Source: the human T2T-CHM13v2.0 reference genome, Homo sapiens
Direction: 5' to 3' (one strand)
NCBI RefSeq assembly: GCF_009914755.1
Contig: NC_060932.1
Length of the DNA stretch: 64,000 nucleotides
The number at the start of each line of letters is the position of its first letter. Position 1 is the first letter of the stretch. The notes under the pieces were generated by a model, which ran no database searches, was not told where the DNA came from, and saw nothing but the letters and a program-made list of their open reading frames with translations. Of this stretch, positions 40,454 through 52,764 are shown piece by piece. The translations under genes were made by a program, and so were the position numbers.

Positions 40454-41005
40454 TGTAGGTTTTATTATTATTAAGGTGTGATGAGACCAAAAGATCAGAT
40501 GACCGCTATTGAAAAGAGAGTTTGTTGCTCACAGCTCTCAAGAGAAGAGGGCACCTCAGCTACACGGAAACATATAGGGAAGTACCAGTGTTAGTCAGGA
40601 TGCAGGAGAGACGGGAAAACAGGGGCAGGAGCCTATGTTGTGGTTTTCATGGGAAGGAAGGAGCAAGGCACAGTAAGCAGGCCAAGCAGGTTTAGGATTG
40701 GCTGATTTGAATAACTTCAGTGAGCCCTGGAGTATAGGGATGTCCCTAGTTGTCTGGTACCTGGTCCTGGGTTGATTTGGGTAGGGAAAGAGTGGCCAGA
40801 GTATGAAAACCCTGTGAAAGGCCAATAAAGGAAGTGATGGGGGCATGGGCTTCTCTTGGGTTGGTCTGCATATGAAAAGTGCACTCACAGGCAAGTTTAC
40901 TACCTCAAGGAATTGGATGGCCATGGAATGGAGGTTTCCCATTCCCAGGGTCAGTAATACCCCAGACACCAAAATAACAGAATAAATGACATGCTTAATA
41001 CTACA
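40454..41005 (-). mobile_element. ERVL solo LTR (MER74/MER73-like) nested in L1
   Basis: 'ttaggattggctgatttgaataacttcagtgagccctgg...gtccctagttgtctggtacctggtcctggg...gcatatgaaaagtgcactcacaggcaag'; TG...CA termini. Confidence 0.75.
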
Positions 41006-41424
41006 AAACATATTATTGTGAAAGGAAAAGTTACAACATTGTCTGATGGAGCTTCAGTGCTTACAGATATAATCTGTATGACAACCATAACATAAAGGTC
41101 AGTCGGAGAGGGATATTAAAAGGTCTATATTGCTGCAAGGTTTCTACATTTTATGGAAAGTATTTCAACTTTAAGTTGATTTTGAAAATTTAAACTTGTA
41201 TTATATAATCTGAAAAGCAATCATTAAAAATATAATACAAAACGATATAGCCAAAAATCCAATAATAATATGAGAATTTGAAAAAGTGTCAATTCAACAT
41301 AAAGAAAACAGAAAAAAACAGATGATTTTAATAAAAATAGTAGACAAGTAGAGAGTAAAAATAAAATGGCAGATATAAATTAAACCATATTCATAAATAC
41401 ATTAAATGTTAATAGCCTAAACTA

Positions 41425-41535
41425 TGGGTCAGCAAACTACTAACTCCCAGACCAAATTCAGCCGACTGCTCACTTTTTGTAAATAAAGTTTAATTGGAAC
41501 ACAGCCATACCCATTTATTTATGTATTGTCTACAC
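41425..41535 (+). mobile_element. MER58A 5' half
   Basis: 'gggtcagcaaactac...tttttgtaaataaagtttaattggaacacagccatacccatttatttatgtattgtcta'. Confidence 0.85.
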
Positions 41536-44500
41536 TGAATATTGTGTACATCATTACATCTACACTGAAACTACAACATTGTTGATAGAAACTGAAGAAG
41601 GCTCGAATACATGGAGAGAGATACCATGTTTATAGACTGAAAAACTGAATGTCATTAAGATCATAATTCTCCCCAAACTGATCTACTTATTAAATGCAAT
41701 TCCAATATTGTACCAATTTGATAAGCTGATTCTACAACACATGAAAATGCAAAGGAACTAGAATAATAAACGCAATTTAAGAAAAAAAAAGTTTGGATTT
41801 ATTATGAAGACATAGCAATCAATAGAATGTAGTATTAGTGAAAAGATAGGCATATAAATCAATGAAGTAAAATAAATAGTCTAGAAGTGTACCCACACAT
41901 GTAATTTCAGTTGATTTTTAATAGTGCCCAGGCAATTCAATGGAAAAAGGAACGTCTTCTCCACATATGGTGTCATGCTAGTGGAATATCTGTATGGGGA
42001 AAAAATTAAGCCTAAGTCCTTACTTCACACCATATATAGATATAAAGTGAAAGCAAACCACAGATCTAAAAAATGAAACTATAAAACTACAGGAAAACAG
42101 AAATAAGTCTTTGCAATTTGGTAATAGGCAAATGTTTCTTAACTAGAAAACAAACAAAAAATATACAATATGAAAACAAACCTGATGAATTGAATGTCAC
42201 CAAATTAAAATAATTTTACTCTAGGAAAATACCACAAACAGGAAGAAAATATCTTCAAAGCATGTATCAGGCAAAAGGCTTGTCTCCAAAAATGTAAGAG
42301 ACTCTTTCAACTCAATAATAAAAAGATAACCCAATAAAAATGGAGAAAATATTTGAAGAGATATTTTACAAAAGTATATATGCAAATGCATAAGTATATG
42401 AAAAAATGCTCAAAATTATAAATCACAAAGGATATGTAAATCTAAAATCACAATGAGTTGCCACTGCATAAGAAGACCTTAAAAAACAGTAATAATAAAA
42501 TATGACAGTACCAAGCATTGGTGAGAATGCAAAACAACTATCACTCTCGTAGATTACAGAAAGAATGCCAAATGGTACAGCCACTCTAGGTAATAGTTTT
42601 GGTATTATTATAAAGTTAAACATATATTTATCATATGACCCAGTCATTCACTCCTGTGTATTAGAAGTGAAAGTGTATGTATCAACATAGACTTGCACAT
42701 GTATGTTCATTGTGGCTTCACTGGTAATTGTACAAAACTGAAAACAAACCAAATAGCCATTAACAGGTGAATAGAGAAACAAATTGTGGCATATTCATAG
42801 AATGGAATACTACTCAGCAAGAAAAGGGAGAAAACTGTAGATACACACAACAACACGGATAAATCTCAAAATCATTATAATGAATTAAGGAAGCCTGTCA
42901 AAAAACGACGTATACTATATGATGCTGTTTCTATAAAATTCTCAAAACTAATCTACAGTTACCAATCTACTAGTGATTGCCTGAGGATGGGGATGGAGAA
43001 GAGGATGGTTGATAAAGGGAGACAAGGAAACTTTGCGGAGTGATAAAAATGTTTACTCTCCTGATTATGGTGATTGTTTCAAAGTCTTATGCATATGTCA
43101 AAACTGATCAAATTGAGTATTTTAAATATGAATATGATATAATATTTCAAGTATATCTCAATAAAGTTACAAAACCACATAAAGGATGAAAGGGAAAATT
43201 ATTTCTTTCTGTTTGAAATTGTCACACAGTAATATTTATTCTGTTGCCTTCCAGAAATCTGCCATCTCAGTATGGCATAACAACTTGAAACTTTAAACTG
43301 CAGGTGGATGAGAACACTTTCCTTTGGTAAGCAGAGGTTGTCAAAAGGATAGAAAACACTTGTGTATCTTGCTTTGCCTGTCAGTATTCCATACAATTCC
43401 ACACCTAGAAATTTATTATTTCCTTCCTTGATACCTACAAACATGGACATGCTAAGCTATGTCACACACTGCCCTGTATGACTAACACTGTCATAGTAAC
43501 AACTGCCACCAAAATTAGTTAGACTTGTGCTTCACAATGACCAATTTTTTCTTCACATAACAATTCTTGAAATTACCAATATAAATCCATTTTCTTTAAC
43601 AACAGGTAAATGATTCAGGACTATCATCTCTGTGTCAACAGATTTTCTCCAGTTTGATTTTCCTGTTTTTCTATGACTCCTTTAACACAATACTGCTTCT
43701 TTTTTCCTCCCTGCACTGAAGTTATATTCATTGGTGCTGAAAGCCAGTAAGTTATTACATGAACTATCTAGTGTCAACTCAGCTCCTTGTTTTGAAGCTT
43801 TACTTAATTTTGGGGTGGTGGAAACATTTATTTTAAGCCACTAATAAAAACTGTACAGAAACTGAATGGATCATTTGTCTATAAGAGTAGCATTTTTGAG
43901 GAGACAAGTTTAGTTAATTACTTAATTACTTGGTATGAAAGATAAAAGTCACTTCTGCTTTTATGGTATTTACTCTGGTAATAAACAGAAAGTTTCTGTA
44001 CTTAATGTTTATTCACTTTCTGGCAGCTTTCCTAAGTACCAAAACATAGTTGCATTTAAAGTGCCAAAGACTTCCTGGCAGTAAAAGTCAAATACTTCCA
44101 GTAACGATCTTATAAAACTTGGTATTTGGAGTAATTACACATCACTGGAGATGGCTCTCACGGCATTAGAGCTGGAGTAGCTACAGATATTACTCCATCC
44201 AGCCACCAGATTTCTCGGGTGCGTTAGCTGCAGCCCAGGTAGCTAGCAACTTATCTGAATTGACAAACTGAGTTATTTATTCTTCTCTTCATTTAATTGT
44301 ATAACTTCTTACTCCATCACTTGATCTAATAATTTGTTAAAGAAATAAATTCTATAATACCACAAAAGAGCAAAGTAAGTAACTAATTTTAAGATATGAT
44401 ATTTGTACTTTGACTACCCCAAGGAATAGAGGTATGTAATGACAGATTGCAAAATAATCACACTCTCTCTATAACTACCCTCCAATCCAGTATTATAAAT

Positions 44501-44686
44501 AAATTACTGTTTCCACTTTCTCTAATCTTACCCAAATATACTCAGGATTTTAGTATCTTCAAGTTCCTGAATAAAGGTCAACTTCCTCATACATTATACA
44601 TTCCCCATTTTCTTGTTCAAGAAAACACTAAGTGCAAGACAAGAACATTTCCTGCTTGAATGTGGTAAGTTCTAATTTAAGTTTCA

Positions 44687-44766
44687 TTAGGTTGGTGCAA
44701 AAGTAATCACGGTTTTTGCAATTATTTTTAGTGGGTTTCGCCGTGATTACTTTTGCATCAACTTAA
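44687..44766. mobile_element. MADE1 (80-bp Hsmar1-derived MITE)
   Basis: 'ttaggttggtgcaaaagtaatcacgg...ccgtgattacttttgcatcaacttaa', flanked by CA/TA (decayed TA TSD). Confidence 0.95.
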
Positions 44767-44779
44767 TACAAAGCTTGTA

Positions 44780-45345
44780 GTCACTTCTGTGTGGAGAGTA
44801 AATTGTAGATGTGGCATGAGTAGAAATAAAGATGTAAGATAGGTGTCTACTGCCTTCATGTGTCATGAAGTGGAATAGGCTGACAGCAAAGAGGTAAACA
44901 TATCTGGATGGTATTTTGAATGTCAAGTTGACAGTCTGCTCATGCATGGTAAGAAAATGAGAGAAATTATTATGGATTCTGGGTTTGCATCTTAGATGGC
45001 TGAATAGATGACGGTATAATTAAATTAAATGGATAATATGGGGAAAGGTATAAATAGGTGGATATGAAGGGTACCATTATAAATAATTTAATTTTGGAAG
45101 TAAGAAATTCAAGGTACAAACTGAATGGAAAGAAGTCAAGTAGGTAGAAAAGTTCAGTGTTGAAAGTAAAAGTATGGGAGTAATCATCATGTAAATGGTA
45201 TTTACACCCACACAGAAAAAAAATCACCTAGGGAGAGAATATAGGTAGAACTGTAACATTCCAAAATTTAGAGTTTGGGTGTGAGAGGAATCAGCAGTGA
45301 GACTGAGGAGGGGCAGCTGGCAAAGTTGAAGGAAATTTTTGGATT
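44780..45345 (-). mobile_element. L2 fragment (probably continues at ~46840-48130 and ~51115-51300)
   Basis: 'ggattctgggtttgcatcttagatggctgaatagatg', 'gggagtaatcatcatgtaaatggtattta', 'gaggaatcagcagtgagactgagg'. Confidence 0.6.
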
Positions 45346-45349
45346 TTTG

Positions 45350-45655
45350 GGGGATTTTTTTTTTGAGACTCTATCTGTCAGAGCAGTTTTAGGTTCACAG
45401 CAAAACTGAGTGGAAAGTAGAGAGCTCTCATATACTCCCTGAATCCACATGTGCACAGCTTCTCCTATTATCAACATCGCCCACCAGAGTGGACATTTGT
45501 TATAATTGATGAACTTACATTGACACGTCATTATCACTCAACGTCCATAGTTTATATTAGGGTTCACTGTGTTTGTACATTCTGTGGGTTTCAACAAATG
45601 TATGATAACATATGCACCATTATAGAATCATACAGAATAGTTTCATTGCCCTAAT
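45350..45655 (-). mobile_element. L1MC1-like 3' end
   Basis: 'cagagcagttttaggttcacagcaaaactgagtggaaagta...tccatagtttatattagggttcact'. Confidence 0.85.
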
Positions 45656-45924
45656 AATGTGGGCTAATCTTTTGTTTATAACATTTTCTCTCTAATCAGC
45701 ACAAGTATTACTCTTTCTTATGTTTGTAATAATTATGGCATGGTTTTCAGTTACTTGTGGGTGTAACCAAGAACCAATGCCCCGAATCTAGTTTGCGATT
45801 ACTGTGACTTCTGCCCAATAATATGCAACAGAAGTGTGGTGGCTTTTGAAACTGGAAGGAAATAACAGTACAATCATACCTCGTTCTTTTAAGCTGCGTA
45901 TAGAACTTTTTTCTGTCATGAAAC

Positions 45925-46700
45925 AATAGATTAGCAACAAGGAAAATAAATACAAAAACCACAATGATATGCCACTGTATATCCACTAGGATGGTTATAA
46001 TTAAACAGGGAGATAAACACAGGAATGAAGATGTGGAAAAATTGGAACCTTCATAAGTTACTTGTGAAAATGTGAAATAGTGAAGCCACTTTTGAAAACA
46101 GTCTGCCAATTTCTCAAAAGGTTAAACATCAAGTTACCATTTGACTCAAAAATTCCATTGTTAGGTATATACCCAAGAGAAATGAAAGCATATGTCCACA
46201 CAAAAATTTGTACATAAATGTTCATAGCAATATTATTCATAATGGCTCCAAACTGGAAACAACCCAAATGTCCACCAACTGATGAATGAATTAATAAATG
46301 TGGCACATCCATGCAATGAAATACTATTTAGCAATAAAAAGGAATGAAGTACCTATATATGCTACAACAAGGGTGAACCTTAAACACATGCTAATGAAAG
46401 AGGCTGGTCACAAAGGACTATATAGTGCATGATTTCATTTATATGAAATATCTAGAATAGGCAAATCAAAAAAAGACAGGAGGTATATCAGTAAGCAGTT
46501 GCCTAATTGGTAGGGTGTGGCGGTGTGCAGAGAATGGGAAGTGACTGGGTGTGGGGTTTCTTTTGGGGATTATGAAACTATTTTAAAACATATTGTGGTG
46601 ATGTTCATGAAACTTGGTGAAAATACTAAGAACTATTGAATTGTGTACCATAAATGGGGGAATTATATGGTATATAAATTATATATTACTAAATTGATTA
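45925..46700 (+). mobile_element. L1MB-type 3' end
   Basis: 'aggtatatacccaagagaaatgaaagcatatgtccacacaaaaatttgtacataaatgttcatagca...tagaataggcaaatc...tgtggtgatg'. Confidence 0.88.
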
Positions 46701-46839
46701 GATTTTTTTAAAAGCAAAGATTTTTATGATGGCAGAGTGTTTATGCTGAATATTATCAAGAATGATGAATTCCCAGTTGTTTTCAGCAAGAAGGAGGTCA
46801 TGATTTGACAAAAGAGTTGGGAATGAGAACCCACCTAGA

Positions 46840-48130
46840 ATAAACAGAAAATGTGAATCAAGTAAAAACAGTGACTTCAAGCAACACTTTAGAGTAATTT
46901 GCTATGAAAAGATTCAGAGAAATCATGTTATAGCTGGAAGTCAGGGTATAGTTTTTTTGTTTGCTTTAATATGAGTGAGATTAAATCATGTTTTTATGCA
47001 CATGTGTAGAATCCAGAAAGAAAATCTGAATTTATAATCTGAGAAAAAGTAGTAATTGCAGAAATTCCTGAGTGGTTAAGATGACATTGACTATTGAATC
47101 TTGTGGAAAGAAAAGGAGGTGGCCTTTGATAGAAGCAAGCACTTCTTCCCTTTTAATAGGAGGTAAGGCGAAAAAAAATATGGATTTGGGTTCAGGTTGG
47201 TTGGTAGATTTGCTGATGAGAAAATGAGAAAATTTCTGACATAATGTTTCACTATACTATTTCTAACGTAGTTAAGTAGTAGGCTAGAAGATTAACTTAA
47301 GTATAGAGGAGGGGAAGGTGTTTCAGAGTGATGAGATGTAAAATATTCATTTTGGAGAATTATAAAAATCAGTAAATAAGTTGTGCTCATTGAACTTTGG
47401 GACCAGAAATTTAAATTGCAATTGATGTGAATTTTTTTCAATAATGTTAAATCACTGCAGTGTAGGCAAATAGTAAGTAAATACTTGGTTTTAAACATAT
47501 TTTGGATCCTTTTCACATGCTTTCACAATGGAGAAAGCAAAGAGCAAGTAAACATACGGTATTTTGTGATGATAATTTCAGGCCATGGCAGGTAAGGAAG
47601 GAAAGAGAGGAATGAGATGCATGTTTCAACTGTAAAAGAGTTATAAAATCAGTCAACAGAAATCTCAATTAGAAAAAAAGTACTTGTAGCATAGAAGTAT
47701 TTTTTTTTTAATGAGGCAAAAATATACTTAGTGGTTTGTTCTGAGAAAGACATGTTTTCAAAGAAGATTTTTGAGTCCCTGAGTTATTAGAGGTAGAAAG
47801 TCTAGGGTACCACCATGAAGGTATGTAGCTAAAGTGGAGTAGATAAAGCTGACCGGGGTGGAATTCAAGAATGTGAAAGGCAAGGTGTTGGATGAATCAT
47901 TAACAAATAATTAAAGTCACACAAATTGGTGCAAGAATAGTGGGGGAAGATAATCAATGAGTCAGCTTTAAAATCTCCAGGGAATAAAGGACAAGTAACC
48001 TGAAGGCTGATAGATGGTTGTGATAAGGAAAGAGAACAAGTAACATAATGTGATGACATGCACTGCAAAAAATCTGCATCTTTTGGGAATGGCGGGAGGA
48101 GAAATGATCTAGAGTGGCCATAAAAAGCAA
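46840..48130 (-). mobile_element. Old L2 internal region
   Basis: Purine-rich antisense L2-like phrases ('tttgctatgaaaagattcagagaaatcatgttatagctgg', 'gaaggcaaggtgttggatgaatcatt'). Confidence 0.45.
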
Positions 48131-48134
48131 AAGT

Positions 48135-50055
48135 TGTCTTCATCATGAAATCTTTACCCATTACTATGTCCAGAATGGTATTGACTAGGTTATATTCCAG
48201 GGTTTTTAGAGTTTGAGGTTTTACATTAAGTGTTTAACCCATCTTGAGTTGATTTTTGTATATGGTGTAAGAAAGGGTTCCAGTTTCAATCTTCTGCATA
48301 TGGCTAGCCAGTTACATCAGCACCATTTATTGAATAGGGAGTCCTTTCTGCATTGCCTTTTTTTGTCAGCTTTGTCAAAGATTGGATAGTTGTAGGTGTA
48401 TGGTCTTATTTCTGGGTTCTCTATTCTGTTCCATTGGTCTATATGTCTGTTTTTGTACCACTACTGTGCTGTTTCAGTTACTGTTGCACTGTAGTATAGT
48501 TTGAAGTCGGGTAGCATGATGCCTCCAGCTTTGTTCTTTTTACTTAGATGGCCTTGTCTATTAGGGCTCTTTTGGGGTTTCATATTAATTTTAAAATAGC
48601 TTTTTTCTAGTTCCATGAAGAATGTCATTGGTAGTTTGATAGGAATAACATTGAATCTATAAATTGCTTTGGGCACTATGAGCATCTTAAAATTGATTCT
48701 TCTTACTTATGAGCATGGAATGTTTTTCCATTTGTTTGTGTCATTTCTGATTTCTTTGGGCAGTTTTTAATAGTTATCCTTGTAGAGATCTTTCACCTTC
48801 TTGGTTAGCTGTATTCCTAGGTATTTTATTCTTTTTGTGGCTATTGTGAATGGGATTGTGTTCCTGATTTGGCTTCAGCTTAACAGTTGTTAGGGTATAG
48901 GAATGCCATCAATTTTTATACATTGATTTTGTATCCCGAGACTTTGCTAAAGTTGTTTATCTAACTAAGGAGCTTTTGGGCTGAGACAATGGGTTTTTCT
49001 AGATATATGATAATGTCCCCTGCAAACAAAGATAGTCTGACTTCTTCTCTTCTTATTTGGATGAACTTTATTTCTTTCTCTTACCTGATGGTTCTGACCA
49101 GGGCTTCCAATACTATGGTGAATAGGAGTGGTGAGAGAGGGCATCCTTGTCTTGTGCTGGTTTCCAAGGGGAATGCTACTAGCTTTTGCCCATTCAATAT
49201 GATGTTGGCTGTGGGTTTGTCATAGATGGCTCTTATTATTTTGAGGTATGTTGCCTCAATACCTAGTTTATTGAGAGTTTTAACATTAAGGGGTCTTGAG
49301 TTTTATCAGAAAACTTTTCTGCGTCTATTGGGAGATTCATGTGGTTTTTGTCTTTAGTTCTATTTATGTGATGAGTCACGTTTATTGATTTGTGTACGTT
49401 AAACCAACTTTGTATCCCAGGGATAAAGCCTAGTTGATTGTGATGGACAGGCTTTTGGTTGTGCTGCTGGATTTGGTTTGCCAGTGCTTTGTTGAGGATT
49501 TTTGCACTGATGTTCAACAAGTGTATTGGCCTGAAGTTTTCTTTTTCGTTGTTTCTCTGCAAAGTTTTGCTATCAGGATGATGCTAGCCTCCAAGTTAGG
49601 GTGGAGTCCCTCTTTCTCAATGTTTTGGAATAGTTTCAGTACCAGTGGTACCAGCTCTTCATTGCACATTGGGTAGAATTCGGCTGTGAAATCATCTGGT
49701 CCTGCACTTTTTTTGGTTGGTGGGCTATTTAATATTGATTCAAATTCAGAGGTCATTATTAGTCTGTTCAGAGATTTAATTTCTTTCTGACTCAGTCTTG
49801 GGAAGGTGTATGTATCCAGGGTTGTATCTATTTCTTCTAGATTTTCCAGTTTGTGGAGGTGTTCATAATATCCTTTGATGGTTATTTTTATTTCTGTGGG
49901 ATCAGTGGCAATATCCTTGTTTTTAATTGTGTTTATTTGAGTCTTCTCTCTTTTCTTCTTTATTAGTCTAGCTAGTAGTCCATTTTATTAACATTTTCAA
50001 AAAACAAACTACTTTTTTTTATCTTTTGAATGGTTTTTCATGTCTCAATCTTCAG
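48135..50055 (-). mobile_element. L1PA13-16-like LINE, inverted 5' segment (ORF2)
   Basis: Minus-strand ORF2 peptides '[19 protein letters not shown]' and '[19 protein letters not shown]'. Confidence 0.93.
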
Positions 50056-51100
50056 TTGCAACAAAAGCACAAATTGACAAATGGGATCTGATTAAACTAA
50101 AGAGCTTTTTGCACAGCAAAAGAAACTATCAACAGAACGAACAGATAACCTACAGAATGGAAGAAAATTTCTACAAACTATGCATCTGACAAAGGTCTAA
50201 TATAAAGCATCTATAAGGAACTTAAACAAATTTACAAGAAAAATACAAAGAACTCCATTAAAAAGTGGGCAAAGTAAATAAAAAGACAGTTTTCAGAAGA
50301 AGACCTACACATGGCCAACAAACACATGAAAAATAGCTCAACATCACTGATCATTAGAGAAATCCAAGTCAAAACCACAATGAGATACAATCTCACACCA
50401 GTCAGAATGGCTATTTTCAAAGTGTCAAAAAATAACAGATGCTGGCGAGGTTGTGGAGAAAAAGGAACACTTATACACTTTTGTTGGGAGTGCAAATTAG
50501 TTTAACCATTGTAGAAAACAGTGTGGTGATTCCTCAAAGTCCTAAAAACAGGACTACCATTCAACCCAGAATCCCATTATTAGGTACATATTCACAGGGA
50601 TATAAATTGTTCTATCATAAAGACCCATGCCTGTATATGTTTATTGCAGCACTAATCACAATAGCAAAGACATGAAACCAACGTAAATGCCCACCAATGA
50701 TAGACTGGATAAAGAAAATGTGGTACATATATACCATGGAATATGATACAGCCATAAAAAAGAATGAGATCGTGTCCTTTGCAGAAACACGTATAAAGCT
50801 GGGGGTCATTATCCTTAGCAAACTAACTCAGAAACAGAAAAGCAAATACCACATGTTCTCACTTACAACTGGGAGCTAACTCATGAGAACACATGGACAC
50901 ACAGAGGGGCACAACAGATACTGGGGCCTATCAAATGGTGGATGGTGGGAGGAGGGAGGGGATCAGGAAAAATAACTTATGAGTTCTATGCTTAATACCT
51001 GGGTGATGAAATAATTTGTACACCAAACCCTTGTGACATGCAATTTACCTATATAACAAACCTCCACATGTGCCTCTGAACTTAAAGTTAAAAAAAAAAA
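50056..51100 (+). mobile_element. L1PA13-16-like LINE, sense 3' segment (ORF2 end, 3' UTR, poly-A)
   Basis: '[25 protein letters not shown]', 'DWIKKMWYIYTMEY'; 3' UTR 'gcttaatacctgggtgatgaaataat'; possible TSD agcaaaag at 48126-48133 / 51104-51111. Confidence 0.93.
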
Positions 51101-52764
51101 GCGAGCAAAAGGAATTCTTGCTTTATCTCTGAGATTTGCCCAGAAATTTGCTAATGGTAAACATTCATTTCCAGAAAAACAGGGGAAAGGTTTGGGAGGT
51201 ACAGAATGAGTCATTAAGTGGTTTGGGATTATGATTTTCAGTGATGATCAATCAGTGTGGAGCCATGACTTTGAACTCAGTGGATGAGGTAAGCATGATG
51301 CTATTTGTTCTTAGCTCACAATAGTTTAACAGTTCACTTTTGTAGTCCTTAGGATTTTGCTGAGAAGTCATAGACTCACTATGTTATTGTTCACTCCTGA
51401 AGTTTAGAGTGAAAGGCCAAGCAAAATAAAAAATTCACCACTATATATCAGCAATGTGAGAGAAAAGATTAAATAAAATCCTCCAAGTTTATTTTCCTGT
51501 CAATAAGCCTCTTGGTCAGATTCAGCAGTCTAATTAGTTTCCATCATGAGTACTAAGAAGAATCATTGTTTCACTTAAAATGTGTGATGTTCCAAATTTA
51601 CATTTATGTATAGAATATTCTCTACTATATGATTAAAATCTTAGAGGTTTTTTTTTCAAAAACTGCAATTTGAGATGTCTCTATCAGAATGAAATGTAGT
51701 TTGAAGAATTAGTATTTTCTCATTCTTCTCCTTCTCCTTCTTGTATTTTTGGCCTCTTCTACCCCTGCCTCCTCTTCTTCTTTTAACATTAGCCTAATTA
51801 ATAAGCAATTTGAAAAATTGAGATTAGTTTTTTTCTTTAAAAATCTGATAATATTTCCATCTTTGAAATGTTCTTTAATATCATATACCTAAGGTTGGGT
51901 ATATGATACTTCAATATTTATATTGAAGAATCAAAGTAAAATTGTATTATATTAACAATTAAGCTTAGTGTTAAATAACATTTTTCACCGGCAAAGTTTT
52001 TTAGTGCTTTTTGATGGCTTTTGGCTACTTCTAGCCAACTTGACTTTTAAAAAATGTGAGTTACATAGAACAATCATAAAAGTTATGGAAATACATATAA
52101 ATGAGTTATAAAAATAAGTCATCTTTACAGACAAATGACCTGAAACATTCTTAGCATTAGAGGCAAAAAGCAAAAGACTTAAAATGAAAATACGGCTTTG
52201 AATCAAAGTATTCTGATAGACAACTACAGAAGTTCTTAAATATTATTTATATTCAGTTTCTTCACCCTAATTACAGCCACCTCGTGGGGTGGCAGCAGAG
52301 TATTGAGACCACAATATTTACAAGAGAAAAACAATATTGGGATTGACTTTTGGAGGGGGACAAAAAATACTTTATTGCTCATCTAAAAGACAACTAATTG
52401 ATTTTTTTTAAGATTTCCAAATTGGTAGCCAGAGAATTATTCACATTATTCTCTACGGCATAAAGAAATGTTCTGTTCCTAATGCCAAAGAAATTTGAAT
52501 AAAACTGCTTTTTTTCTTTTTCTTTTGTCCTAGGAATAATTATACCTATTTACTCTTGCCTATTCTATTTTCCCCTACTTTATAAGACTGAGTGTTTTGT
52601 GTGTTTGATGTAGAAATTGTGACAGAATTTTAAGGACATGAAGGTTAACACTGGATTTTATATTTCTCTTCGACCTTCCTAATTTATCAATGTAAATATG
52701 GTCCACTGCTAAAACAATTAGAGTCTTGTTGTTACAAATCTTATCAAAGATAACTGCATTTAAA

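Larger units (their letters stand above)
38930..43170 (+). mobile_element. Old L1M (L1MD/ME1-like): 5' region/ORF1 remnants, internally deleted ORF2, 3' UTR
   Basis: ORF1-like 'gagcagagtctcaggtacctgtgaga...ttggagtttcagaa'; ORF2 'ttctccccaaactgatctac'; 3' UTR 'tatgtcaaaactgatcaaattg...ctcaataaagtt'. Confidence 0.75.
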
